Counted from the first letter of the stretch, positions 13,117-26,595 are shown. The stretch: DNA of 64,000 bases from Eledone cirrhosa (GCA_964016885.1 OZ024745.1:126480001-126544000); one strand, 5' to 3'. The notes: generated by a model from the letters alone, not told the origin. A program made the numbers and translations.

Positions 13117-13319
13117 TACGAGGTTGTGCTGAAAGGTCTATAGGCTGATTATGAAGGAGTGATGTTAGAGCTGTGAAATCTTCCATGAATTAATTTCAAC
13201 TCCTCTTAGTTAATAACTGCATTGTTTCTTTCCAGGGACTATGTTGAAAAATAAACCTCATCTGGTCATTGCATGAGAGTATCGTGGTCAGCCTATGAAA
13301 CTTTCAGCCACACTTCGTA
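13117..13319. mobile_element. mariner-like MITE
   Basis: TACGAGGTTGTGCTGAAAGGT ... ACTTTCAGCCACACTTCGTA, imperfect TIRs with TA flanks. Confidence 0.6.
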
Positions 13320-13589
13320 CATACACGCACTTTCTTTATATAGACTTCCAGTTAATTACATATATAGCCCTTCCTGTTAATTATATAGCACACTTCAACA
13401 CAAACCCTCTTCTTGCACCTGTTTCATTACCTTAACTGTGTCTTACAACATAGAACACATATTAAGTCATTTGTCTAATCTTTCATCTCTAGAATAACAG
13501 TTCCCATATCCTGCTCATGTTTTACTTTTAGCCAATGGCAATGAAGAAACGGTGTACATACAGTAAGATGATCTACTTGCCGGACCTCC

Positions 13590-13865
13590 GTTGTTTCAAT
13601 GATGACAGCTACAGTGATTCGATCAATAAAACTGCCTGCTCGTGTAATCAACCTATAGGTGGCTGAGCATTTCATTTAACACAAACGTTCAACCTTAACG
13701 TAGTCCTCAAGCAGATCCACTGAGACGCAATATGAGTGGACTGGAGTAATGTGAAGTAAATTGGCTTCCTCTAGGACACGACACACTGCTCTGCCCGGGA
13801 ATCGAACTCACAGCCATATGATCATTAACCCAGCACCTTAACCATTAAGCCACGCAGTTCCACAT
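13590..13865 (-). mobile_element. SINE family 2 variant (GCCTGCTC..ACCCTTAACGTAG tail); related copy 15060-15315
   Basis: tRNA head on the minus strand, tail shared between the two loci. Confidence 0.7.
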
Positions 13866-14232
13866 TCTAAGATGAGCAACAACCTTAATAACCATCCTGG
13901 TTATTAGAAGTTCTCTGTCTGAAGAAACTCAACATGATATGAGTAGTACGGAAAGTTTCCTAACCCTAAGATGAATAACTTTTATAGAGTTTTTTTAAAA
14001 TAAGTTAAAGTCTGGTCCAAGCCCTGGGGTTTACCAGGCCGGCGCTTACACAAGTTTTATCGCCATTAGGAAACTTAGAGTATAAAGTTCTCTACCCATC
14101 CTTGGACATGATGCCAATCATTCGCAGTGTTATCACTCCAATACTGAATGTATTGGAGCAACATATAATATATATATATATATATAAACCTTTGTTCGTA
14201 CTGCCTCTCTGTTTTGTTCCCGTTCAATTTTT

Positions 14233-14429
<197 letters not shown>

Positions 14430-14487
14430 TACATATATAACGCTCACAACATGCACCTACCATACATACATACATACATATGCATTC

Positions 14488-14569
14488 ATATATTGGATTG
14501 TAACATAAATTCCCGCCGTTTTTATAAAGCTTCATAATAAAAGAAACGGCGACAATTTATGTTACAATC

Positions 14570-14576
<7 letters not shown>
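14488..14576. repeat. Fold-back (about 33-bp arms) between microsatellites
   Basis: TATTGGATTGTAACATAAATTCCCGCCGTTT vs AAACGGCGACAATTTATGTTACAATCCGATA. Confidence 0.8.
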
Positions 14577-14640
<64 letters not shown>

Positions 14641-14678
14641 ACTATTAGCTTCTCGCTAAAATAATTTCTATACCTTTC

Positions 14679-14747
<69 letters not shown>

Positions 14748-14874
14748 CACACATAACACGCACCTTCCATACATATATATGAACACACACAACACGCACC
14801 TTCCGTACATCTTATTCGTTTGTTGCGAACACCAAATTGTAATGACTGATTGTTGATTTTTTACGCTTTTCCAG

Positions 14875-14975
14875 GGGAGCTGGCTGCCCGCAGGACCCAC
14901 GAGGATGATTGGCTGGTCCAGAGCATCTCTCTGACCGCCGTCCTCCGGAATAATGTTCTCTCCATCACCCAGGAC
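14875..14975 (+). mobile_element. CRE-like RLE C-terminal relic
   Basis: Translates [29 protein letters not shown], similar to the 28506 ORF end. Confidence 0.5.
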
Positions 14976-15648
14976 TACGAGGCGTACGAGATATTAAGGT
15001 AGGAGGAAGGTGGCAGTCTTCAAAAGAAAGGGTTAATAGTAGAAGGTTGAACACTATATATGGAAGGCACTCCGTCGATTACAACGACGAGGGTTCCAGT
15101 TGATCCGATCAACGGAGCAGCCTGCTCATGAAATTAACGTGAAATTGGCTGAGCATTCCAGAAACAAGCTTACCCTTAACGTAGTTCTCAGGGAGATTCG
15201 ACGTGACACAGAATGTGACAACGGCTGGCCCTTCGAATTTCAGGTACAACATATTTTTGCCAGCTGAGTGTACTGGAGCAATATGAAATAAAATGTCTTG
15301 TTCAAGGACACAGCGCGTGTGTGTATATATAGTCCCTAACCACAAAGTCACAGGGACTATATATATAGTGTGGTAAATTACTTAACATAAACTAGTGTCC
15401 CATTTATGAAGGAGGGGTCAAAGGATCACTGTGAACAGATTGAGTAAACACTGTATAAACTGATATGGCCTAAGACTGCCAGGTGACCTTAGTTCAATAA
15501 ATCCCCACCCAACCACGCAGTTACAAGCACTTCAGTTTATATTTTTATGAAATTTGAAACGGCCAGGGACTTAATGGTGGATGTGTTGGCTACAGCCGGC
15601 TTCTTGTTGACCACTCGACTATGACTTTGTTTGTATATCTATGTCAAT

Positions 15649-15651
<3 letters not shown>

Positions 15652-15710
<59 letters not shown>

Positions 15711-16257
15711 GTTTGTGTTTATGTGTGTGTGTTTGTCTGTGTGCGCGTGTATGTATGTGTTTGTGTGTGTGTATGTGTGTATATGTATGTGTGCATATGT
15801 ATGTGTCTATGTGCATGTATATGTATATGTGTGTGTGTATGTGTATGTGCGTGTATATATGTGTGTGTGTATGTGTGTGTATGTGCGTGTATGTGTGTAT
15901 GTGTATATATATATGTGTGTGTGTATGTGTGTGTGTATGTGTATGTGTGTGTATATGCGTGTATGTGTGTGTGTGTATATATATGTGTATGTGTGCGTAT
16001 GTGTGTCTGTGTATGTATTCATATATATATGTGTGTGTATGTATGTGTGTGTGTATATATGTATATGTGTGTGTATGTGCGTGTATGTGTGTGTGTGTAT
16101 ATATATGTGTGTGTGCATGTGTATGTGTGTGTGTATGTGCGTGTATGTGTGTGTGTGTGTGTATATATATGTGTATGTGTGCGTATGTGTGTATATATAT
16201 ATATATGTCTGTGTGTGCATGTGTGTGTGTATGTGTATGTGTGTGTGTATATATATA

Positions 16258-16294
<37 letters not shown>

Positions 16295-16355
16295 GTGTGT
16301 GTGCATGTGTGTGTGTGTATGTGTATGTGTGTGTATGTGCGTGTGTGTGTGTTTA
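15652..16355. repeat. (CT)n followed by compound GT/AT microsatellite
   Basis: Direct reading. Confidence 0.95.
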
Positions 16356-16517
16356 CGTCATGTATGCTTGTGTTCTGACGACAGACAATTCGTGTCTGAA
16401 TTCTATTTAGATGTTATATGTGTACTTTATGTAACAGCAGTTAGTCTGCCGTCACAGATTTAGGACGATGACATGTTAACGACTCCACCCGTTTACGGAA
16501 ACCGTTCTTACTTTTAT

Positions 16518-16693
16518 AGAATCGGTAGAGGGTTGGACGCCATGCTTTGCAGTAAAGAGTTACGGCCCTTTAAGTTCTGAATTCAAATCACGCCGAGGTT
16601 AACTTTGCCTTTCATCCTTACAGGGTCTTTAAAATAAAGTACCAGTAATGCACTGGGATATATATTGCTGGCCTTGTGCCAAAAGTAGAAACA
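16518..16693 (+). mobile_element. SINE family 1 copy
   Basis: Consensus match. Confidence 0.85.
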
Positions 16694-16804
16694 TTTAAGT
16701 ACCACTCACACACGCACAAACACACAAACACACACTCTTCTATATTATCCCTATCACATCTCCAGTTACACCATCACCACTAGTATTAGTACTGTAACAC
16801 CTCA

Positions 16805-17265
16805 CTATCACTACTACTACCACTACCACTACTACCACCACTACCACCACCACCACCACTACCACTACCACCACCACTACTACCACTACCACTACCACCA
16901 CCACTACCGCTACCACCACCACCACCACCACTACCACCACCGCTACGACTACTACCACCACTACCACCACCACTACCACTACCATCACCACTACCACTAC
17001 CATCACCACTACCACCACGATCACCACCACCACTACGACTACTACCACCACCACTACCATCACCACTACCACCACCATTACCACTACCACTACCACCACC
17101 ACTACGACTACCACCACCACCACTACGACTACCACCACCACTACCACCACGACCACCACCACTACCACCACCACCACTACCACTACCAGTAATACTATTA
17201 CTACAGTGACACCTCACTATCATAACCACCACCACCACCACCACTACCATCATCATCATCATCAC
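16805..17265. repeat. (ACC/ACT)n trinucleotide repeat
   Basis: Direct reading. The poly-V and poly-G/S ORFs are artefacts. Confidence 0.9.
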
Positions 17266-17754
17266 AATTTTTATTATTGACGTCACTAATAATGACGTAT
17301 CATGACGTAACGTATGGACATCATACCACTACCAACATCTGTAGTGTCGCTTGACTTGCTCAAAATGGTAGCCAAATACCCACACATCTCCGACACCTTC
17401 TTAAAATAAACAAAAATGTGAAGGAGTCATTGAATAATGCAGTCCTAGATAACTAAAATAAATGAGATGGTCATGGCTGACACACTTGTGTTCCTAGGTC
17501 TCCTCATTCAGGACTAGCCTAGGGTTAAACGACAGAGCAACCACTGCAACAGCAACCACCGCATTACAAACCAGTACCGGATCTACCATAGTGCTTAGGC
17601 GTGCACAGAGAAACCCATCTTCCTGCCAAAAAATATTGTTACCTCCTTCAGGGCCTAAGGGGCCTCATAACTTAAATAGCACAGGGCCTCATTTGTCCTA
17701 AATCCGGCACTGCTGCAAACAATAACATCCAACTAACAAAAACAATAAGAATAA

Positions 17755-17955
17755 TTGTTTCTGTTTCTACTTTTGGCACAAGGCCACCAATTACCCAGTA
17801 AATTACTGGTACTTTATTTTATCGCCCCCCCCCCCCCCCCGTGAGGATGGAAGGCAAAGTTAACCTCGGTGGGATTTGAACTCAGATCATAAAGGGACGT
17901 AACTCTATGCGTCAAATCATGGCGTCCGACCCTCTACTGATACTGCCAATCCAAC
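17755..17955 (-). mobile_element. SINE family 1 copy
   Basis: Reverse-complement match. Confidence 0.85.
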
Positions 17956-18066
17956 GCTCCAACAATAAGAATAATGAGAATAAACATTTTCATCATCAAC
18001 AGCAACAACACCACCACAAGAACAACACAAAAATAATTGCATTTATGTTGTAGTAGTGATAGTGTT

Positions 18067-18385
18067 AGGTGGCGAATCTGTGGAGTCGTTAGACCGTCGG
18101 ATAGAATGCTTTATGGCATTGATTCCGGCTCTCTGCTCTCTGAGTTCAAATCCCTGCCTTTCATCCTTTCAAAGTCGATAAAAAAAGTACCAGTCTAGTA
18201 CTGGGGTTGATTCTTCCTCTATATCTCTTTCTCATTTCCTCTCTCTCATTTTCTATCTTTCCCTGGAAGAAATCTGCTGTACTCAGACCTGGAGAAGGAT
18301 GGGTTCCGCCAGGCTTAAAATGCCCGAGAAACGCCGTATGTCAATACGACACCTCTACCACTCTATCAGGAGTTACGGGACTATA
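18067..18385 (+). mobile_element. SINE with alternative tail
   Basis: SINE head and central domain, then CT-rich linker and CTGGAAGAAAT...GGAGTTACGGGAC tail. Confidence 0.7.
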
Positions 18386-18769
18386 GATAGTGATAGTGTT
18401 GCTGTAGCTGGACTAATGTCGACTAATTTTATTTAGTTCCCATCCACTACTACCCCTAATGCCCTATCCTCGCTTTTACGTCTACTCCTAATAGTCGATC
18501 ACCACCTTCACTTCTACCTTTACTAACAACTGCTCACTTCCTCTACTACATCTCCAAACTCCATGAAGTCTCTACTCTACCACTGTGTCTACCAATGTTA
18601 CGCTTCAACCATTAAACTGCAACAACAGCAATGATAACAACACCAATAGGATTTCAACTTCAATATTTATAACATGGATTGGTAGAATCGTTAAAGAGTC
18701 GGACAAAAATAATTCACGGTATTTGATTATAGGCCTTTATGTTCTAAGTTCAAATTTCGTCATGGTCTT

Positions 18770-19212
18770 CTTGTTCGCCCACTTATTTCTGAGAGGGTCT
18801 TGGGGGAAGAGTCCTCAAACACTCCTTCCAGCGAGTCCTGTCAGAAGCAACCGTCTCCAACTGATTCGGTTGGATGCCCAAGCGCAACCAGACGAGATAT
18901 ATCAATGAGTTGGTGTAATTGGTGTATCAGTTAGAGCAGCTACTTATCCAAATTTAGATATCTTACCTCCGATACTATAGTCATGTGGTTAGAATATCTC
19001 AGCAAAGAATCGATGGACAGATTTTATGGGCAAAACCAACAGACAGGAGTTCCAGGGGTAGACCACGAGGAAGATGGTTGAATAACATCAATGAGCTTGG
19101 CTGGTCTCGCTTAGGGATACAGCCGAATCAGTTGGAGATGGTTGCTTCTGAGAGGCCCCGCTTGAGGGAGTGTTTGAGGACTCTGCCCCACGACCCTCTC
19201 AAGGAGAAGAAA
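18770..19212. mobile_element. Two RTE-like LINE 3' ends in inverted (head-to-head) arrangement
   Basis: + copy 18985-19212 encodes KPTDRSSRGRPRGRWLNNI and ends GAGAAGAA. Minus copy 18770-18900 is its homolog ending in TTCTTC. Confidence 0.7.
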
Positions 19213-19274
19213 GGTTCGATTCCCACGCACACTCATATCCATTTTTGCCGTTACGGTACGGGCGTTTAGATGCC

Positions 19275-19366
<92 letters not shown>

Positions 19367-21139
19367 CATACATATTAGTGTCTGTATGTGTGTGTATTTG
19401 TGTAGTTGACGTTCCTACTTGTTTATTTGCATATATATATATGTGTGTGCGTGTGTGTGTGTGAATATGTCTTTTTTACGCACATATGTACACATACATA
19501 ACACATTAGTGGGGGTGGGTATTTGGGGGAAATCGCAAAAGAATAGAGGCAAAAATACCTGCGGAGAGCGCTCTGCATGATGTATATTCAAACTAAAAAA
19601 AAGCGGAACGTCGAGTGAAAAGAATGAAATACATTTCAGACATTAAGTCGAACACTCCTGTGACGATGGCGTCCCGCCTTCTTCCCCCCCCCCCCCGACC
19701 TACAATCACCAGTGATAGCTGTAAACACAGTGCAACAACAGCGACTCAAATTAGTGTAGTTATTCCACAAGTAACCTTTACAATAATTATATTGACGCCA
19801 ATTAGACACAGATAATTATGTATAGACAATTTCGTAAAATAATATTAGCGGCACCATTGACGACGGTAACAACAAGGAGTTACAAATCGGTGAACGAACC
19901 TCCATACAAAAACAAACTATAGACAACTTAAAATAGAAAAGGAATGAAAACTGAATCAATGAGCTCTGTCAATTCTAGTGTGTTCAAGGTTCGCTTTTAT
20001 TCCTCGACATCTCCCTCTATGCATCAATGATCTGCAATGATCATCAATGATCACCTCCAGTGATACACTAACATACGCAGATAGTATCAACCCTCATTGC
20101 TCCCTAATCTTCTGCAACAAAGCCCCATCCACATGTAGCCTAGACACATCACACCAAACCTGCAATAACTCAATGTACAGAGAACATAACATATGTCGAT
20201 GTCTTCATGTCAAACCTACCTTGTTTTATTCAACAGCGGAAAAAACCCACAATTGCTGTACATATCAAGAAAATATTACATTTTACATTTGAACAACATA
20301 CAGCTAGTACCTTTGGTACTCTCTACAAGAAATCCCCTCTGTAAATATTATAACTCGCAAGGTCTTGGCGTCAATGGAAAGCTTCCAGGGAATTACTGAT
20401 ATTGACAAGTTCCACTAAAACAAAAATGAAAGAAATAGAGTGAGAGACTTAAACATAGTCCAGGCTGTTTTTCCAAGGCGTAAGGTATCACTTAAAGTAT
20501 CTACTAAACATCAGCAGCAAAGTATATTACATCAAAAAAATGCTCAATAACATCGTTAGTGACGTTTTCAAGAAGTATTGTGACCTTCCGCGCAAACATA
20601 CAATTGCTGGACTAGCATGTCTTAACAAAAAAGCTATTGGAGGAACACTAAATACAAAGAAAACAAAAACAAAACAAAAATAAACAAAAGGTTCTATATG
20701 GGTATGTTCCCATAAACTCTAGGATGATGCTAGTGAGAAGTAACCTCGTGTTTGTGGTTGACTTCTGTTTAATCTGGATATATTTAGTTTCAGGTTAAGA
20801 CAATTGACGGTCTTAGTTATTTAAATTGCGATATATTTGAAGGTTATGCGTTTCTAAGCCGAGAGCAAATGATAGCTACAAAATATCTCATGAACACAAG
20901 AGCAGGTGGAAGATATAAGAAACGTGATCAGAAGTTGCCCAAAAATATAATTACAGTACGACCTTCCAATAGAGCAGAATGTTGCTAAATACTACACAAC
21001 TCCACCCGTATACAAACCTGCCACGGGATAAATATAGAAAATAATTGTTTCTTCTTTTGGCACAAGGTCATCAATTATCCCAGTACATTACTGGTACTTT
21101 ATTTTATCGACCCCATAAGGATGAAAGGCAAAGATGAAT

Positions 21140-21600
21140 ATAGAAAATAATGTTGTTGTTGACTACAAGCATATGCATGACCATACTGAATATTGGTGAA
21201 ACATTTCCATCAAAACTTCGAACAAGTTCAAATATTATACATAATTGATACATAATTGTTTCAAACAGAAAAGAAAACTATGTACAGTTATAGAGGTCAG
21301 TTGCCCTGTAGATGTGAACATTTCTATCAAATTCACAGTTAAAAGAATATTTACAAACTACCACTTGACTGTGCTACTAAATGTTTGGCAACTTCGAAAA
21401 GCTGGGGTTTTCAAGTAAAGAATGTAATCAGCAAAAAAGCACGTTATAAATAGAACTTATATTCGGAAGAGCACAAATTTGCGAGACCTTTGTAAATTGC
21501 AACTGATAACATTTCACCGTTGTTCTTATCCAAATCCAGTGATAGAATTTTGTTTCTTTGTTAGAAACCGGCTCCTCTTTGTAAGCAAAATCCAAATAAT
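21140..21600 (+). mobile_element. Decayed R4/Dong-like RLE LINE 3' fragment
   Basis: Frames give EYW*NISIKT and KLCTVIEVSCPVDVNI, homologous to the 22703-23155 ORF. Confidence 0.6.
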
Positions 21601-21736
21601 TAAACAAGACACCATTCACACGCACGCACATACGTTATGCATGTACGTACGTACGTACGTATGTATGTATGTATGTATGTATGTATGTATGTATGTATGT
21701 ATGTATGTATGTATGTATGTATGTGTATGTATGTAG

Positions 21737-22447
21737 TATGTCTCTGTTTCTCTTAATTTCGAGTATATTTTTGACCGGCCACCTTCCTGGTGGCAAGGTT
21801 GTAAAAGAAAAGATTTTGTCATCCCTTGAATCGCAAATTTTGAAGGAGCCAGATATCGCAGCCATTAGTAGTTTATGAATTAGGGAGCTGCGCTCTTTGT
21901 CCACAAATCCAAGTTCAGTTATACTTTGGTCCAAGCGGGTTGGTATATAACCTGTAGCTCCAATAATGATGGGTATGAAGCTGAAAGTGTATCTTGGATA
22001 CTGGATCTGCAAACTCCTCATCAATGGTCCATAGATGCCCTCCTTTTCTTTTCTTTTTCTTACAACGTTGACATCAAGTGGGCAGCTGATCTCTACAACA
22101 GAGCATATTTTCAATGTGTGGTCCCAAACAACAATATCAGGCCGGTTGTGCTTTAATTTGGTGGCAGTTCCACCAGTATTATTTAGTGCCATCTATCTCA
22201 ACATATTCCTCCTCATTTTTTTTTTAAATTTTGTTTTCCTAACTGGGTTTCAGATGGTTCTAGCTATCACACCGTCTCTCATGGGGAGGTAGTAACGAGA
22301 CGACATTCTTTCGCAGTTGGCAACAATGTGGCTAACATCTTCGGTCTTTGTTTTACAAAGCCTACATTTATTGTTGACTTAAGGCCCTCCTCTTTTGTGT
22401 AGCAGATATTTGGTAGGGATTACTTGTCCCTGTATTGTATAGAGATT
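21737..22447 (-). mobile_element. R4/Dong-clade non-LTR retrotransposon 3' fragment (CCHC knuckle + RLE endonuclease)
   Basis: CRLCKTKTEDVSHIVANC; HNRPDIVVWD..VEISCPLD..K..K..Y..IPIIIGATG. Both ends abut (GTAT)n. Confidence 0.85.
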
Positions 22448-22468
22448 ACGTATGTGTATGTATGTATG

Positions 22469-23155
22469 TTCTTCTGCTTTTATAATTTCACAATTTTTTT
22501 TTTTTTTTCCAATAGAGAGAGAGTCGGTTTCTAACATAGACACAAGAGTCTCTCATTGGAATTTACATATCAACTAAGTAGATTATGTATGCATACACGT
22601 ATGTGTAGATATGGATGTTATTGTATGTGTGGATGTGGATGTTTTGAGTTGTATGTGTGCATGTGTATATGCTTTGTATCTGTACATGTGTATATGCAGT
22701 TATTAGATACAATATTTTTGGAATGTTTTACATATTTTTACTGTTCCATTAATGGATTGTACTTGTAATTTCCTAACTAGTTGTGTTCTTTCTGTTCCCG
22801 TGAAGCCTAGCTTCTCAAGATTTGTATTGAGGCAGTTACTAACATACCCCAGTGCCCCAATAATCACAGGCATAAATCTGAAGGTGTAATCAGGGTGGAG
22901 TATCTGCAGATTTCTCATCAGTTCTACATAAATATTCTCCTTTTCGCTAATCTTTGATATTATATTGGCATCTGCTGGGCAGCTAATTTCCACTACTGTG
23001 CATGCTTTCTTCTCCCTGTCCCATATCATAATATCTGGTCTGTTATGTCTGCATTTTATTGGGGTTTTTACAGGAACATTCCACCAGTACTCTTTCATAT
23101 TATGTACGTGGATGTCTTCCACATTGCTGTAGCTTTTAATGTGCTTATTATTTAA
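22469..23155 (-). mobile_element. Second R4/Dong-clade RLE LINE 3' fragment with 3' UTR
   Basis: EYWWNVPVKT..HNRPDIMIWD..VEISCPAD..MPVIIGALG, stop at 22703. The UTR (22469-22590) matches 40905-41018. Flanked by (GTAT)n. Confidence 0.85.
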
Positions 23156-24119
23156 TGTATGTATGTATGTATGTATGTATGTATGTATGTATGTATGTAT
23201 GTATGTATGTAGTATGTATATATGCATGTGTGTATGTGTGTATATATGTATATATGTATGGATGTGTATGTGTGGCGTGTGTTAGTAGTTAGGCTGTTTG
23301 GGGCCACTACTGTAAGGTCATGAGTTCGATTCCCACTGGTGGGTTGCGGCCTTGAGCAAGATAATTTAGTTCACGTGGGGTGGGGCAGAGTTCTTATTCA
23401 CACTTTCTAGAATGTCCTATCGGAAGCAACTGTCACTAAATGATCCGGCTGGATCCAAGTGAAACCAACCGAGATTATGGATAGTATAGCACTGGGTTTC
23501 TTGCCTGGTGACTTTACCCGAAAATTCTGTCCAGCTTTTCTTTCCTTAGATATTCTAACCACATGTCCGTTCTACAGTAGCTGTGAAGTCTCAGTGCAAA
23601 CAAGTAAATTCTTTCTGACTCTAAACTCCGCCAGTTGCAGACTGCGCATTAATATGTGATATCTCTCTTCACAAAGTTCAATCACCAGCAGCAAGTTCAA
23701 AGGGCAAAGATCAAGACCAGTCAAGCCATCGTTTTTGCTGCCGGTCTCTGCTTTTCTTACCAACCAGCCTTCCTTGCAGGTAACGTTACGTCTTTGCGGT
23801 TTGCTCAGCGACCGCAAAGAAGTAACGTTACCTCAAATCTTTTCTGAGGAATCGCCGTTTGACCGTTTGCATTCGGGATCGCATTGTTTAGGTCATTACC
23901 CAATGAAGTGTATACGTAATTCAGATTGCTGGCCACGTCACACATGTGGGAAATTGAATCTTCCTGGTAACTACGTTATAGATACAGTGCACGTATCTAT
24001 AGAATGCTCAGTTACTTGCGTGTAAATTTCCTGAGCTCGTTGTTCTGTTGAACGAATCAACTTGACCACAAACACGCACGCAGTCACATACACACTCACA
24101 CACTCATACATATATATAG

Positions 24120-24157
<38 letters not shown>

Positions 24158-24198
24158 TGATATTAAATAAATGGAAATTATATTTATAAAACCATATT

Positions 24199-24261
24199 TA
24201 TTCTATTATATATATTTCAAGGGTACCAAAACATGTTGGTACGCTATCATCAGATAGAATA
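24199..24261 (-). ncRNA. Type I hammerhead ribozyme motif, family A
   Basis: RC: TATTCTAT CTGATGA TAGC-GTACCAA catgtt TTGGTAC-CCTT GAAA TATATA TA ATAGAATA, with perfect 8-bp stem I. Confidence 0.85.
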
Positions 24262-24489
24262 CAAAATGTTTTATAAATATTTGACATAACCAAGGATAAT
24301 ATACCTTAACGGTTCAAGTTATACTCCAGAAAACTGTTGAGTGCTCTAAATCAGTTATAAACATTTATATTTGTTGAATTTCCAACAAATCGAATATCCC
24401 TTCTGCTTATATATATATATATATATATATATGTGTATGTGTATATATATATATATATGTGTATGTGTATATATATATATATATGTGTG

Positions 24490-24545
<56 letters not shown>

Positions 24546-24899
24546 CACATATATATATATGTATATGTATGTGTGTGTGTGTGTATATATATATATACCC
24601 GGTGCAGTTCTGCTATTGTAATTAATTATGTTCAGCTGTTCAGCAAGGTCATTTTGGCTATTTAGAGTTATAAAAATAGATAAAAATTACTAAACAGAAT
24701 GTGTTGTAGTGTTAGTTTGTTCCCCCTGTTGTTTGTGTATATGTGTGTATCTATGTATATGTATATTTGTGTAGATATAAGGTGGTAGAGCAGTATGTGC
24801 TTGTGTCTAAGCTTGTTGGCCTGGTAGTCTGTATATATGTGTGTCTGTGTAGATATGTGGCTGGGTGTATGTATTTCTGTGTAGATATATGTATGTGTA

Positions 24900-25845
24900 T
24901 GCCTGAGTATATGTATGTGTATGCCTGAGTATATGTATGTCTGTGTAGATATATGTATGTGTATGCCTGAGTATATGTATGTCTGTGTAGATATATGTAT
25001 GTGTATGCCTGAGTATATGTATGTCTGTGTAGATATATGTATGTGTATGCCTGAGTATATGTATGTATGTGTAGATATATGTATGTGTATGCCTGAGTAT
25101 ATGTATGTCTGTGTAGATATATGTATGTGTATGCCTGAGTATATGTATGTCTGTGTAGATATATGTATGTGTATGCCTGAGTATATGTATGTCTGTGTAG
25201 ATATATGTATGTGTATGCCTGAGTATATGTATGTCTGTGTAGATATATGTATGTGTATGCCTGAGTATGTGTATGTCTGTGTAGATATATGTATGTGTAT
25301 GCCTGAGTATGTGTATGTCTGTGTAGATATATGTATGTGTATGCCTGAGTATATGTATGTCTGTGTAGATATATGTATGTGTATGCCTGAGTATATGTAT
25401 GTCTGTGTAGATCTTTGTATGTGTATGCCTTAGTATATGTATGTTTGTGTAGATATATGTATGTGTATGCCTGAGTATATTTATGTCTGTGTAGATATCT
25501 GTATGTGTATGCCTGAGTATATTTATGTCTGTGTAGATATATGTATGTGTATGCCTGAGTATATGTATGTCTGTGTAGATATATGTATGTGTATGCCTGA
25601 GTATATGTATGTCTGTGTAGATATTTGTATGTGTATGCCTGAGTATATTTATGTCTGTGTAGATATTTGTATGTGTATGCCTGAATATATTTATGTCTGT
25701 GTAGATATTTGTATGTGTATGCCTGAGTATATGTATGTCTGTGTAGATATTTGTATGTGTATGCCTGAGTATATGTATGTCTGTGTAGATGTATGTATGT
25801 GTATGCCTGAGTATATGTATGTCTGTGTAGATATTTGTATGTCTG
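24900..25845. repeat. 42-bp minisatellite, about 22 copies
   Basis: Unit GCCTGAGTATATGTATGTCTGTGTAGATATATGTATGTGTAT, giving the spurious (MCMPEYMYVCVDIC)n ORFs. Confidence 0.95.
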
Positions 25846-26369
25846 TCGTGTTAGAGAGGAACAGTTTGGAGAAACACAAGATGTTGAAGCTAAGAACGTC
25901 GCTACTTAGAAAATAAATACGAAATGTCGATAATAATCACTTTCTCCATAGTTACATTTATGTTTGTGAAAGTGCGTGATTAACGTGTTCCGCCTGCGAT
26001 CGTAAGGTAGTGAGTTCGATTCCCGGTGGTGCATTGTATCCGTGTGCAAAACACTTTATTTCCTGTTATTCCTGTCCATCCAGCTGGCAAAAATGAGTTG
26101 TACGTGGAAATTAAAGGAACAAATTTAGCATATATTTCGCCAGGTGGTGTTATTAAGTTAGACATGGCCTGGGCCAATACTGGCCGAAACCTATCAAAGT
26201 TATCAAAGGCATCAAAGTTATATTGTGTCAGTTCAAGCTCAACTTTCAAACTTGCCCTTTCTCCAAATTCCAAAATCGACCATCAAATTTTCTATTAGTA
26301 TTACGTCCACCATTCTCGCTCGCTTGCTCTGATCGATTTACAAGATATCGGACCTCATTCGCTTGCCGA

Positions 26370-26595
26370 GTAGGGTGGACCTCGTCAAATCGGACCAATG
26401 GAACTTTCGTTTCCATTGGTCTTTCCATTGGTGATACTATCTACCGGTCGCAACTCCTGGCAGAAGGAGCAACGTAATATAAAAAGTGATAAAGTGTATT
26501 TCTCAAGGACACAACGTATTACCCAGTCCAAGAATTGAACTCACAACCTCACGATTGCGAATCCAACTCGTTAACCACTAAGCCACGCGCCTTCA
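26370..26595 (-). mobile_element. SINE family 2 copy
   Basis: Matches 52560-52778. Confidence 0.8.

Noticed and set aside
24915-25916. Cys-rich repeat protein (MCMPEYMYVCVDIC)n, and CRISPR-like appearance
   Set aside because: Pure 42-bp tandem repeat with no unique spacers, a stop at 25431 and no gene context.
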